Shown here: piece after piece, positions 24,700 through 37,560 of the stretch
Numbering within the stretch: the first letter of the stretch is position 1
Layout of the letters: each line of letters begins with the position of its first letter
Assembly: GCA_910592345.1 (NCBI GenBank)
Contig: CAJVPI010000270.1
Location: forward strand, 1-37,744
DNA: 37,744 bases
Source of the DNA: Paraglomus brasilianum
Lineage: Eukaryota
Direction: 5' to 3'
Translations under genes and position numbers: made by a program
The notes under the pieces: model-generated
What the model was told of the DNA's origin: nothing
What the model saw: the letters and a program-made list of their open reading frames with translations, nothing else
The model's database searches: none

Positions 24700-26100
24700 A
24701 CTGGTTCCGCTTGTTGGGTTAAAAAGTTCTCCCATTTTCACATTTTTTAATGCCATGCTAGCAGTAATGATTGGTACTTCATCATCGTCAGCTTCTCCGC
24801 TAAACAGAAACAATGTTGTCGCTTTCAAACTGCAGTAGGAAATTAAACTTTTCAATCTCGTCAGACAGTTCGACTAGCAAATTGTTATTTAATTCATCAT
24901 CTTCATCTCTGTAATCGTTATTTGCTTTATCTAAGTTTTGTGTCGATAGTAACGGAAGGTTCGATTGTTATCGATTTTTAAATCACTAGCATCTTTCTGA
25001 CCTCAACTTGCTCTAGCATCCATCGGATATGATAAATGTTGTATGTCAGTTTGTGTCCATTCAAAATCGACGTATGTCACATTCCAAACTGACATATGGT
25101 TGGAATTACTAATTATAAAAAAAATTCATGATAGAAACTTAAAATTGTCCCCTTTTCGCATACTTATAAAAAACATCTGCCTGAGTTTCATCTCTTATTC
25201 AATTTAACATACGACATAAAGTCGTTTAAAGGCATACTGATGATGCCAGCGTCCATTGGCTGAAGTGTTGCTGTCGTGTTCAGCGGTAGGGAAGAACCTC
25301 AGTATTTTAGAGCGTTAATTTAACAGCAACGTAACCTAAGACGACTATAAGTAAGACAGGTTAATTTCATACATTCTAGAAACTTTAAAATCGAAATTTA
25401 TGCAACCATTCTTGAAATAAAGTCGCCAATATCCAAGCATGTTATTGTTCAGGTGCCAAGATTTGCATTTTTGAGACATCTAGACTTTGCGTGTTTTTCA
25501 ATCACTAAAAATTTAACTTGTGAGAACTGTCAGCATTCGTAAATAGTGTAATGAAGAAACATTCTCTATCCTTCTTTCTTCCTGAAAGACGTGATTTTGC
25601 TAAATGTTGCATCTGGTTCCAACCGGTAGAAGAGGCCAGTTTTGTTCATATATACATTTTTTTCTGCGGGATAGCTTTCTTGTAACAGCAGACGTTTTCA
25701 ATAACGCATCTTGATTGCTCACAGTAGAGTTTGTGCAAGCAGATTTTATTACCTGCCCGTGAAGCCAACCGGAGAAAATTTAGCCTTTTCAATAATTATT
25801 GCATCACTCAAAATAGTTCAATGTTGATAAGTTATGACAAACTCTAACACAAGCTCTAACTTTGGAAATTTAACCGGCTTATGATGTTTTGTATTGGGAC
25901 TTGTAACGTCTTTGTTCAGCCACTTTTTTAAATTCGCAGGACTGTTGATTTATGGATTGTTATATCCAATTGGCATTAATCCGGTTGATATATTTCGTCG
26001 ATTATCTGTCAAGGTGCTTTTGCTAAGATTGATTATGTGCATGTTGTGCAACGATTAACTTTTCGAACAGCTTAATGTTGGGACTACGCTGATTAAACAT
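24700..26100 (-). pseudogene. Decayed pogo/Tigger (CENP-B HTH + DDE_1) transposase
   Basis: Minus-strand fragments KPVKFPKLE, MNKTGLFYRLEPDAT, RLSGRKKDRE, NNAWILATLFQEWL and LPLNTTATLQPMDAGII, with many stops and indels. Boundaries approximate. Confidence 0.9.
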
Positions 26101-26753
26101 ACAACCACGATGACAATACATGCTCCATTATCTAACGATACTCTCTGAGTCAACTATTGCTAACATAAAGAAACATCACGTTTACGGAACTCAATCTTGA
26201 TCGTTTGATATTTGTCTTTTTCTGATCGATGATCTCAAATAGTAAAATGTAAAATACACGCAATTTTGCAGCATACAAATCGGATCGGTATACTAAGCTT
26301 TATCGATCTGTTATTTGAAACATAATTTTAAAATTCGTTACCCGACACCATTACAAATGATGGTATCAGTGCGCTGGCACTACGTCGATTGCACAATGCC
26401 TTCCGGATGTGCCAAGAATAACTGCTGCTTCTAGCGCAACAATTAAGTTGTAGCAATATAGATGACATGACACATTTTTGCCTGATTTTCAAACCGTTTC
26501 TGTCCGAGATGTTACAAAAATATAGATGACATGAGTATTTTTTTTAATGCTACACATAAAAAACCGGTCATAAAACATAAAGCATCATAAGCGCAAAAAC
26601 AAACAAAAATACTCTAACAACAAAACGCCGCTCGTTAGTGGGCGAGTAGAATATTTCCCACAACAACAGGTCATCAAAGACTACAACGCCCTACCAAATC
26701 CTTTTTTAAAAGTTCTCTACAAAAAAATATTGCTAACTTAGCCTTTGAAATTG

Positions 26754-26834
26754 CTCAAAAAGGTAAATTATCAACCAGTGGAGCAAATTATTCGTCCGAC
26801 TGGCTTGCTTGACCCGGAAATAGAAGTAAAAAAA
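26754..26834 (+). pseudogene. uvrB: Fragment of bacterial excinuclease ABC subunit B
   Basis: Translates LKKVNYQPVEQIIRPTGLLDPEIEVKK. VEQIIRPTGLLDPEIEV (26778-26828) is the conserved UvrB motif after helicase motif III. The flanks do not continue as UvrB. Confidence 0.88.
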
Positions 26835-26944
26835 TGCCGAGCTAAACTAAAAGCTCAAAAACTTTCTCTTTTTTTTCAACAAAAAAGCTGACGGGTAATG
26901 TGAATAATCCAGCTTTTTAATTTGTCTGCGCCTAAACACCCACC

Positions 26945-27050
26945 CAAGGCTCAAATATACTCAACAAATGTCAATTTTCTTAGGTCTAATCTTTCGTAAT
27001 ATGATTATCGCTAATTCTATAACTTTGCCTTTTGTAACATCTAATATAGA
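26945..27050 (-). pseudogene. Possible bacterial-type leucine-rich-repeat fragment
   Basis: With two frameshifts: ILDVTKGKVIEL-ISDNHITK-LDLRKLTFVEYI(TGA)A, which fits LxxLxxxxNxLxxLDL. Confidence 0.4.
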
Positions 27051-27824
27051 TAATATTTTTCAATTATAACGGACTTTGCATTTGGTGGATGGAAAAGAGA
27101 ACGGCAGTGACGGGGTTGATAAACACCGGACGAATGCAAACTTTTAACTTTATTCTTCTCAATTCAAAACTGAGAGCAATCCAAAAACTCGTTTGGGACA
27201 TATTTGAGATAATTCGAATTTATAAGGACATTATATGCTAGGCACTTTCATATATTATTTAATTTAAATCATGTCGAAATAGCGTATTTTGTTTTATCTT
27301 ACTGTAACCAGTAAGGTCCGGAATAATGTCTTTTGAAAAACCAAATTAGTTTTCTGAACTACATGTTGTTGATGCTCTGTTAATTATCTTGGAGGAATAA
27401 TATAAATAAGCTATTCTTCAATCTTTGAGTTTCTACGTATGAGATTTTTAAACTTATCTCCACGAGTAATCTATTTGCGCACACCTTTTCTCACTCACTA
27501 ACCACATCACAAAGTCGTATATTTTTTTTCTAGCAACCAATTACATTTAATAAATAACAAACAGTTTACATGCCTACTGGGTAAATTTATCAATTCCCAC
27601 GTCTCATTTGTTTACTTTACTCAAACGCTTAAAACACATCTTACTTAAAGAGGTTAGTTTTATGAAGCTAAGTTTAGCAAACGGTCAAAGAATGAAAATT
27701 GAATTAGTCGGCAGTTGCGAATGCTCTTACAACAACCGGTAAATGTAAGAGATTATTGCGGTTGATTCCTTCGAAAATACAAGCGTGAGATTTTGGTATA
27801 CAGAACAACTAAAAGCATATATAC

Positions 27825-28234
27825 TCACTTGTAAATACAACAAAGAAAATCGGAAGGTCCAGGACATAACCCTGCACAAAACAAAAAAACAAAACAATTA
27901 AACCAAGATTCTGCAAAGAGTTACTAAAAGAATAATATTACTAACCACTCTGGAAATGACCATAGCAAAAAGGTTGCCGATCTCGCCACTGACAACTTGA
28001 TGACAAGTTTGGTACGCAGGGACGTTTATAACAGCATTTAATGTCTGCTGGGTCCTGAGGACAGAAGCCTGACCGGTAACTTCCTCCATTACGAGAGCAT
28101 TCGCCAGTGGGAATACATACACCTGGGCCATTGTCCGGATCGTAACACGGACCGTTGCGGATGGCGTCTACAGCAAGCAGCAGGCAGCAAAGAAAGATGG
28201 TAACTTGGGTAGGGTAGTTCTTGAATTGATACAT
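27825..28234 (-). CDS. Small secreted protein with two tandem 6-Cys modules (~111 aa)
   Basis: Exons 28234-27946 and 27871-27825. Signal peptide, then IRNGPCYDPDNGPGVCIPTGECSRNGGSYRSGFCPQDPADIKCC and RPCVPNLSSSCQWRDRQPFCYGHFQSGLCPGPSDFLCCIYK. An alternative last intron (GTGAGT) would add only NQPQ. Confidence 0.9.
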
Positions 28235-28286
28235 TTTTTAAAAAAAAAAAAAAATGTCATGAGGACTTTATAATGCTCATAACTTA

Positions 28287-28292
28287 CACGTG
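28287..28292. promoter_or_regulatory. E-box (CACGTG) upstream of the secreted-protein gene
   Basis: CACGTG ~55 bp upstream of ATG 28234, with TATAAAG on the minus strand between them. A similar E-box at 594-599 precedes ATG 509. Confidence 0.35.
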
Positions 28293-30437
28293 ATTTAATA
28301 ATCATATTATCATCATGACATCATTAGTTATGCCTCGATCTGTTGCTAGCGAATTATGGTAATAATCGTTATTGTTATACTTTCACTTAAGTTTTATGCT
28401 GTACTACAATAATAATGATTTTCATTTAAGTGTACGCAGACAATCATTTTAGTATGACTGAAACTGAACATAATAATGACGTTTGCTCTATACATTTAGA
28501 ATAATGAAATGCAATATTCAATGGACGAATTCCCTGTTTAAGATTAAAGACATTCCTCGCAATAGACTAAAAATTGCGATTAGATTCTTATAGGAATGAA
28601 AACGACTCAAACAGTTAATTTTCATTGATGTTGATATTAGCCGTCGTCTTGAATGAGACCCAGACTTCGAAAAGGCTACATTCATTGATATATACTTCAG
28701 GTCATAGATTCAAACGAGATTTGCTACAAGACAACATTCGTTTTCGAATGGCTTGTTGCTTAATTTTTACGTCACATAATCCAATCAAGCTAATTGATCG
28801 TATTTTTGGAGTGAGTTTTTTAATATCACAAGCTTTAGTGTATACTAAATTTTTGAAGGAAAAGTATGGGCGAAAGATGTTTAAATGTCATCTGAACTAA
28901 ATATTAGTTTAATGACATTTAATATATTATTAGAGACTAGGGAAGCAAATCTTACATAGTAAGATGGCTGTTATTATTGAAACTATCAACATTAAATACT
29001 ACAAATGGTAAGAAATAATCTATTTGTATAAAATAAAAGAAATGTATTTAGGTAAAGCATAATGGTAATTTAATACATTTTCAGACAAAATATTTGAAAG
29101 TGAGTGGTTACCTAATTACAAATTTACAGAAACACTTTCCAACAAAAATCAAGTTCTCTGCACCTCATTAAATCTCTATTCAACCCAACAATAATAAATT
29201 GGAGCAATGTAACAAACTTGAAAGCATACCAGTTAGAAATGCTCAATAATAAATAAAAATATAGGAGTAAAAATTATTGGTAAGGCTTCATAAGATTGAT
29301 ATGTACAAATTTCTGACAAGTATAATTGTCTTTATCTCATATTTTTAGTGTGCTACTTAAATCACGTGATAAATCAGTCAACATCTCAGTGCTCAAAATA
29401 TTGACCTTTGTCTATTGACTGTTGGCATGTTTATTCCCTGTGAAATCCAAACAAATTGATCATTTGATTACATGGGGTATGCTGTAACAAAACCAGACAA
29501 AGTGAACATTTGAATATATGAGTTAAAAATGGCTGATGTAGCTGAATTGACTAACATTTTGGGAAGGCTTTAATTTAGTGGCACAGCTTTGGCTCATGCA
29601 CAACACATGAACTAATTTTCATTGCATTTTTAAATCTAATTATAAACTTTTTTGCTTGAAGTTATACCATGATTAATATTGGATTATCTTATCTATATAT
29701 AAAAATATAATATGAAATTAATCTACCATGGAACCAAAGAATTGCAGTACTATTGGAAGCATTTTAAAGAAAGAACAAGGAGAGAAATTGCGCCTTATGT
29801 TTTTAAGATTAATGAGACCCAAACACTCCAGAATATCTAGATAACGAAAAAATTACTTATGAAATTTATCAAGAAGAACGAAAAATAATAACCAATAAGC
29901 GAACATTAACCCCAACTTATGATGAGCCAAAAAAGAAACAAAAACTTGAAGAAATGTAAAGGGAAATTTCTAAGCAATTTAACGTAAAAGCTTCCTATCA
30001 AGGCCTCCGCTGATCAAGCTTCCTATCAACAGAAGATTCTTCTTTATTGTTACAGTCTTGATAAAAGATTGCTCGAGTGTATTCGTTAAACTTTGATTCA
30101 CATTGACACAATTGCCGCACATGTAACGCTCTGTTGAAACGTGGTCGGAGCGTATTACCAGCGTTCTTTCCGACCGACGTGCGGTTCAGGAATGCATCAA
30201 CAATGGGGACAATGATTTGACAGCGTAAATTGGAAAATCGCACGCGCAATCAAAGAGTCAAACATGTAAAAATAATTCAATTTTTCGTAAGCATAAATTT
30301 TATTATTTCGATTATTGAATGCGCGCTCTTGAAAATATAAGTAATACTAAAAGCACCAGAGTGATTGCATAGAGGAAAATACTCGGGCCAAAGCCATTGA
30401 TGAGTATAACCTATTCTTTGGTCACTCTGGTGCAAAT

Positions 30438-30820
30438 TTAAATTTTGTTATATTTTTTACCATTGCTATTACTAATAACATTATCACTACCGTCTATTTC
30501 TCTATTTTCATCGTTCTCATCTGAGTGGTTTACATTTTCCTTTTTTTCTTCGTCAACCCACCGTTGAATTGTCTCAACGGTCTTTTTCCGTGGGATTGTT
30601 TTCCGTAGGTAATAGTTTTTAATTGTAGAGGTAGCTAGACCGTTTCCTTTACCGAGTAATTCGTCGATTTCAATAGCCATCTTGTGAAATAAAGATTCGA
30701 ATCCAACTCAAGCCTTTTGTCAAATAAGATTTTAAAGTTCTTCCACAAGTTTTCGATTTCTGGTGGATAGTCGCGTTGGCCAATTTGTTTGCTAGTCTTA
30801 GATTTTTTCTTCAGCTCCAT
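30438..30820 (-). pseudogene. Frameshifted intronless hypothetical protein, possible HTH
   Basis: Overlapping ORFs 30635-30820 and 30438-30680 join into one product: ...LWKNFKILFDKRLE../..GLATSTIKNYYLRKTIPRKKTVETIQRWVDEE. Confidence 0.5.
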
Positions 30821-31555
30821 TAAATTGATTACTTTGTGGATTTTATAATAATAAAGGAAAATCCAAGAATAAATTCGTTCGTGAGAACAAACATTTTAAA
30901 ACGATAAAGTCTGTTGTATGGATTCTTGTAAAATCAGTTCGCGAAGTTTTTTTGTAAAATAGCTCAATTTCTGTCGTTTTTTATAGAAACCTTTTTTGAG
31001 TCACAATATTCTAACTAAACGTCATTAATGCAACATGTGCGAATTTCTGCGCATCAATAATCATTGGTCACTCTAAAAAAGTCTAGAAAGTTCCTAACAA
31101 TACATCAATCATTAAGCCACTGATCGACGTTGGTATATTAGCGGCCCCCCCAAATTTCCTCGAAAATTCTGCGATGTGATTGGCCCTGATTTCTTCGAAA
31201 AAATTGATTGGCTCGTTACATGCATGCACATATAAGGATTTGATCTAGTGTAATTTCAGTCACTCCAGTCCTAATTTCATGACCAAAGTTAAGAAATTAA
31301 AAGTGTTACACTTGTTATTATCTAGCAACTAATAGAGATCACATGAATATGAATAACACTCAACTCAGCTATAAACTAAAGACAGTTGATATGCATGCCG
31401 CTCTAAGTACGTTAGCTTATTATTATCATCATGGTTGATTACAACGTATTAAACAATCTGTAAAGCAACTTTTGCTCTATTCACATGACAACTATGTTTA
31501 ATAATGAGGGCGTAACAATATGTTTATTGATTAGACGTAGCTTCTACTATTTAAA

Positions 31556-34197
31556 TCAAATTGATGGTAGAAATAGTGTATGCGGCTTTGAATTTTTCCA
31601 CATAGGCTGTCTCCTCCGTTTCTTTGACTCTTTCTCTATATCTTCCATAATCCTACGCACACGTTTTGTACCTTGGAGTAAAGTGCTTACATGCTTATGG
31701 TTTCCTGCTGCATACTCTTCCCGCATATGAGAGATAAACGATTCATAATATTTAAGTTCTTTTTGAAAAGCCTCCTCGGAAAGAATAATGTCTTCATTTT
31801 CACTATTTGCACATTTAGTGGCAGCAATTGGAAGATTGTTTTCTGACATAATGCAATGTGTATCAATATCAACTCCAGGTTTCCATTTAAACGACCAGAA
31901 AGGATACATGGTACGTCGATTGAAGTCGCTGTATAGCAATTGTTGAGGTGCTTTACCTATTGCTTGAACAAGGTGTTTGCATACTAGAAAGCGACTATAG
32001 AGGAAATCTGGACAGCTACATATCCATCTATTAATGTCAATATATAATAACATTCATCCACGCTTGTAGCGATATCTTTGGTGGCACAAGTTTTCCATAT
32101 GCGCTTAAAGTTCTCCCACCAATATGGATTAACTCTTCCATTGGACAGCTGATGTAATCGGGTCATTTGTGCTAAAATTACCTTTTCGCAAAGAACAAAA
32201 ATGACATAGTCTATTCGGGGATGATTAAATCGGTACAAATAATCGTGTTTTATGACCTTCCAATGAGATTCGACTAACATGTTTGTCTTCCCAAATGGGA
32301 TTGTTGGATTTGTACTTCTTGCCCATAAATTCCAGCGATTTTTTGTATACCACGAAAAAAATAAATAGTTCCAGAGTTCAGGATAATTATTTTTGTGACA
32401 AAATAGATAGATCTCTTGGACAGCTGTTCTCCAAATTTCTTCCGCGGTTAAAAAATTTCCTTCTTGTCCGAATGGAATTAATGGATGCAAATTGAAATGG
32501 TGCTCCACTAGATCGAGTACATTGTTTTGGTGGATGACCAGACAAATATTACTATCATTTATGTTAATCGGTACAAATTTATGATCAACGAAATCAAGGC
32601 CTGCCAACTCGAATGCTGTAAATTTTTTGTATTTTCCTCGTTGACTTGATTTCATTTTAGTTACAATTGCCTTTTTGATATGCCAAAGACAAAGTTGAAT
32701 ATTGGCATCTGGCCAAACAATTCTTGCTGCATTTATTTGGGAAAAGTCCTTGTCAGAGAACACGTAACTTGGTGACAAGCCGAGGTCTTTGAATTTCGAA
32801 AAATACTCTGCCAAAATTGTCATTTTTCCCATATCAAGTTTAGTGCCATCACTAGTTGTATCCAAAATCAGGTAGCCTAGTGCAAATCCTGTACCTTGGT
32901 ATTGCCCGATTATCGCGTATAGCTCGAAACGTCCTTTAGCCATCTTGTACGTCGCATCAACGTGTATTTCTGTGACAAGTTTTTTAAGATACGTTAAGCA
33001 GGGGGAAGAAAATGCTATTGCTGTTACGCTTTCTGTAAGTATTGTCATTAATAGAGCACAGCCTTTTTCTTGAAATCGCTCTTCAAGAAGACGTATTGCA
33101 GACTGAACGGGATTTTTATCTTTTTGGTACGTCTTCTCAGCAGCCACACTCCACCAATAATATATCTGTTTGTCAGTAATGTCTTTGAGGTCAAAATGTG
33201 CTGAGAGATGGGTGCGTAATTGTAGCGGATCTAGGTGGAAATTTCAGTGACTACTTCTCGTGGAACATTTCCCGACGTTGAAGGTCTTTCATGTTGTAAG
33301 AAATGTTTAAGTTGAATTTTAGCTCTACATATTTCAACATTGATGCGGACTATGAGTTGACCATTACAATTGAATCTTTCCATCCGTCTCCGATTAGAAT
33401 TTTTGTAATTATGAAATACCGAAAATTGGCTGCAAAGGTAGTATACCGTGCTGATTTTTTCTGGATTTTGCACTGAGACATTAGATTTCCAGTAACTATA
33501 AAACTTTTATTATTAGTTTTGCGGTCTTTGTGTTTATTTTTTAGAAATAAAGCAACTAATAATTACTCAAACTTACTTCCACTTGTATCCATCTCCATTT
33601 CCAATTTCTTCTCTGATTTTTTGGGCAATTTGATTTATCGTTTCTGTGCTTTCTTCAATCTCAAATGCAACGTCGAGTTCAAGTTCCTCAAAATTATCGG
33701 AATCTAAAAATTCTTGCACAAACTGAGATAAATTATCTATATGCATTGCTGGAGATTGACTGATGTCCGAGCTGCTGTTCTGTTGAATTACACTACTATT
33801 TTTGTTAGTTGGTACTAGAGATAGTATAGTTGATTGAGCCGCCTTCGAAGATTCTTGTTGCCATTTGTTTTTCTTTTGAATTTTTATAACTAATTTTTCG
33901 TTGAATTGAACATTTTGTGCACAATTTTGACAAAGCGTTTCGGATTATTTTGAATGAATCTTCTGTAAGATGTTTTTTACAGCTGCTACAGAACCGCAAC
34001 GATTCTTCATGTATGGGTAAATCATTGATTGGAGTTTTAATGTGGTTGTCATAAGCTGCTGGTTCTTCGCCTTTCGAGCTGCAATATTTAATTTGTCTTT
34101 TACTTAAACATTGAGCACAGACCTTGGATATACTGTCTTTAATTGTTTTAAACGCATCTTCAGGGAGCTGTTTTTTGCAACTGTTGCAGTACGGCAT
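31556..34197 (-). pseudogene. MULE transposase with SWIM finger and two N-terminal C4 fingers, frameshifted
   Basis: HVDATY, FSDKD, CLWH and TNMLVESHW (DDE); SWIM CSCPDFLYSRFLVCKH; N-terminal CNSC..CAQC and CSSC..CTKC. Intron 33496-33576. Frameshifts near 33810, 33240 and 32050. Confidence 0.92.
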
Positions 34198-34689
34198 ATT
34201 TACAAAAAAATACGTTAAAGCTTAGATCAATATGTGAAATCAGTTACGACAATTGAAAAAATTGCAATTTCGACAACATTTTATATTTAAATTTATTATT
34301 GTTGACAAGCGCGTTCACTAATTTGAGTGTTTCGCGAACGGGGTTTACTCACGGCATGATTACAATTGAGTAAGAATTTTTTTTTTTGCTATGCGTCGAG
34401 TTACGTAGATATTCATAGGCTTGTTCTTTACGAATGCATGTGAAAATCAAAGGCGAAAATGATCGGCCCATTTTATTCCGAAGAATGGGAAATAAGATAC
34501 TTATTTGTTTGTTACATTCTACGATGAGATTAAACTGTAAGCGTCAACACACATTCTTGTCAGATGCAGTACATTCGACTTCTCGTGGAATACATTTGCG
34601 CGCGTAAATGAACAAACATTCGACAGCGTATTACTGCCACTTTACTTCAGTTTACTATAACTTTCATCATCACAAAGAAATTTTGTCTT

Positions 34690-35232
34690 ATTTGTACCTA
34701 TTAATGTAGCTATCTTTATCAATCAACACTTAAATATGCAATATTCATCTTCATTCTGTAACGTTATTTCCTATGTTACTATACAGAATATTTGTTAGAA
34801 GTCAGAAAAGAAAGGTTGTTTTATTTAATGGTTAGTGTAGCTATACGCAGATTGTACCTTTATCTGAACATTACTTATATACGCAATCTTCATCTTCATT
34901 CGATAACATTATTTCCATAATTGTTCTATATTGTTATAGAAGTCAAAAAAGAGAGATTATTTTATTGTACGATTAGTGTAGCTATACGCAGATTGTACCT
35001 TTATCTGAACATCGCCCATATACGCAATCTTCATCTTCATTCGATAACATTATTTCCATGATTGTTCTATATTGCTATAGACATTTGTTAGAAGTCGAAA
35101 AAGAGAGCATATTTTATTGTACGATTAGTGTAGCTATACGCAGATTGTACCTTTATCTGAACATTACTTATATACGCAATCTTCATCTTCATTCGATAAC
35201 GTTATTTCTATATTGCGATAGAATATTTGGTA
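34690..35232. repeat. Tandem repeat, 4 units of ~130-150 bp inside the MULE
   Basis: tagtgtagctatacgcagattgtacctttatctgaac at 34833, 34974 and 35126, plus a diverged copy near 34703. Confidence 0.9.
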
Positions 35233-35849
35233 GAATTGACAGTCTTCCCGTTGACGCTTTGCTACGATCCAGTAGTTGACTATTGAACTCTTAACCTCAT
35301 AATGATTCAACGGAATGGGATATCTTGTATCTCAAAAGCATCAAAGCGTCTAAATAGTAGTTCATAGATCAATTAGTACAATATAATGTATTCATCTTGA
35401 TGCTCACAAAATGGTAAAAAGTGATTTAACACATAAACATATTGCTTAGTCCTCATTATTAACCGTACAGTACATGTGAACGAAAAAGAGCCAAAGTTCC
35501 TTTCCAGAGAACGAGCATATATTGTTTAACGTGTTATTAACACCGTAAGCCAACGGCGTATATACGTAGTTACCCACTTGTAGTTTGGCTTCGTTTAGAG
35601 TTTGAGATGCTTCGAATGCGATTTCAGTTGCATGTTAGTAGAGCGTACGCTTCTTAGAGCAAAAATTTTCCAAGTGACGCCAAGTGTAACACTTTTAATT
35701 TCTAGTATGGAAAAAATCACACTATAATGGAATTACATGTGCAATATTAAGAAGTCCATTATAACAAATCATGCATGTTATTGTGGATGCATGTTATAAT
35801 GGCATCCATGGGTTATGCCAACTGTCTATTATAACGAGCTTTGACTGTA

Positions 35850-37560
35850 GTGTTTCTCCCTGTTTTGCTCACCAGGCAAACTGTTGTGTTGGAGAGGTAT
35901 TCAAGGAATCAATAAAATTCAAAACCACAAGTGCACATATGTGCAATTTGTATTATCACTTTCTATTTCTTTCATCATCATTCAGTATATTTTGTGCAAG
36001 GAGCAAATAAATGTTTTAAAAAAACACATTACTCTTATTACACCATGTTCAACAAGATGGAATAACTTTTTTGATAGTTTTGTTAGTATCATCAAGAGCT
36101 GATATGCATTAAGGGTTAGTCCTTTTTTTTTAATAATTATTATATATTAAAGTTGTTTATCTCATTTAGATTCTTACAGCAAAGGATGATGTTGCACCAG
36201 ATGATGAATTGAAGCTTGTGAAGAGTACAATTGATCATGACTCCTTTTGGGATTCCCTTATAGTATTGTGCAATATACTTCATCCCTTTTGCAGAGCTCT
36301 TGACCTTATTGCAGCATGACAAGGCTTGCCTACACTCTTTTGCATTTTTTATGCAAGTGTTTAAAGAACTTGAACAGTCTCAATTTAAAGCAAAAATGAT
36401 TAGTAGACTTGAGTGACATTGGGGGACTTCACTATCAGAATGCTTCAGTTTATTCAAACGTATACAGTTAGACTATCAATAGAATATTAGAATTAGCTGC
36501 TAAAAATAGATCAATTATTCTGCTCGAAAGATATATAAGTAGCATAGATTTCAGTTAGATAAGAAAAAGTAAGGAAGAGCATGTTTAGCATGTCTAATTA
36601 CTCTTGATTCCTTTATAGTAAATAAATGAGTAGTTCTTTATACTCTGAAATACATTGTTAATGATTCATTCCCTGGTAATTATCAGTATAGCTGAGAAAC
36701 TGTTAATCCCTATATTGTATCGATGAAGAATAATCGCCTCTTGTCCCGCGATTATTCGAGTGGCAAATTACGATAATTAATTGTTATGTAGATGCGCATT
36801 ATTATGATTTATACTCATTGTACCCCAAACGGGAGATTATCGGAATAATCCCTCGATAATAACTGACGATATACACTTGAGAGCGATTACTTATCTAGGA
36901 TTAACATCATTCTACGGTGAAATAGTCCATAAGTGAAATGCCCTGACATTGACAAGGTCACTAACTGTACCCTAGACATTTAACTAGTTAAATCCCAAGT
37001 GTCGATTACTTTCTGCTCTCCTGCAGTAGTCAGCACGACAAATACAAACAAAAAAGTACCCATTTACAGAAAAAACGTTCAAACAATTTAAGGATGATAT
37101 AATATTCTGGTGGTCACACAACTCCAGTGCTGCACCAGAGTTAAGTCACATTGCATGTTGGTTATTCAGTATATGTGTTACCATAGCTTCAGTCAAAAGA
37201 CTTTTTTCCACCATGGGGTTTTTTTATTCCCCATTATGCAATAGATTAGGGGTAAGTATTTTAAATCCATTTGTTAAATTTTGATGTTAATTCACATTTT
37301 CTATTATTTATTATTAGCATGAAAAAAGTGCTGGCTATGAGCCAGCTTTGTGCAGAAATACTAAGAGCTCATAAAAAAAAGAGTCATTCATCTAGTACTA
37401 AATCATTTAAAGAGAATGATGAAGATATTGCTTCAGCAACAAACTGGAGTAATGTTATTAATAAATATCTGAAAAAGTACTTGGTGAAGAATGTGATAAT
37501 TTTGGCAACACTAAGTATGAGGTGGACTTTCTTGGCTGCCAAGTGGAGGCTACATGATTT
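35850..37560 (+). pseudogene. Decayed hAT transposase
   Basis: PCFAHQANCCVGEVFK, LITPCSTRWN, ILHPFCRAL and a dimerization domain FWWSHNSSAAPELSHIACWLFSICVTIASVKRLFSTMG..NRL. Stops, indels and intervening insertions. Confidence 0.88.

Larger units (their letters stand above)
31292..35703 (-). mobile_element. Mutator-like (MULE) element, ~4.4 kb
   Basis: A perfect 23-bp inverted repeat agaaattaaaagtgttacacttg (31292-31314 / 35681-35703) encloses the transposase. No TSD is evident. Confidence 0.7.
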
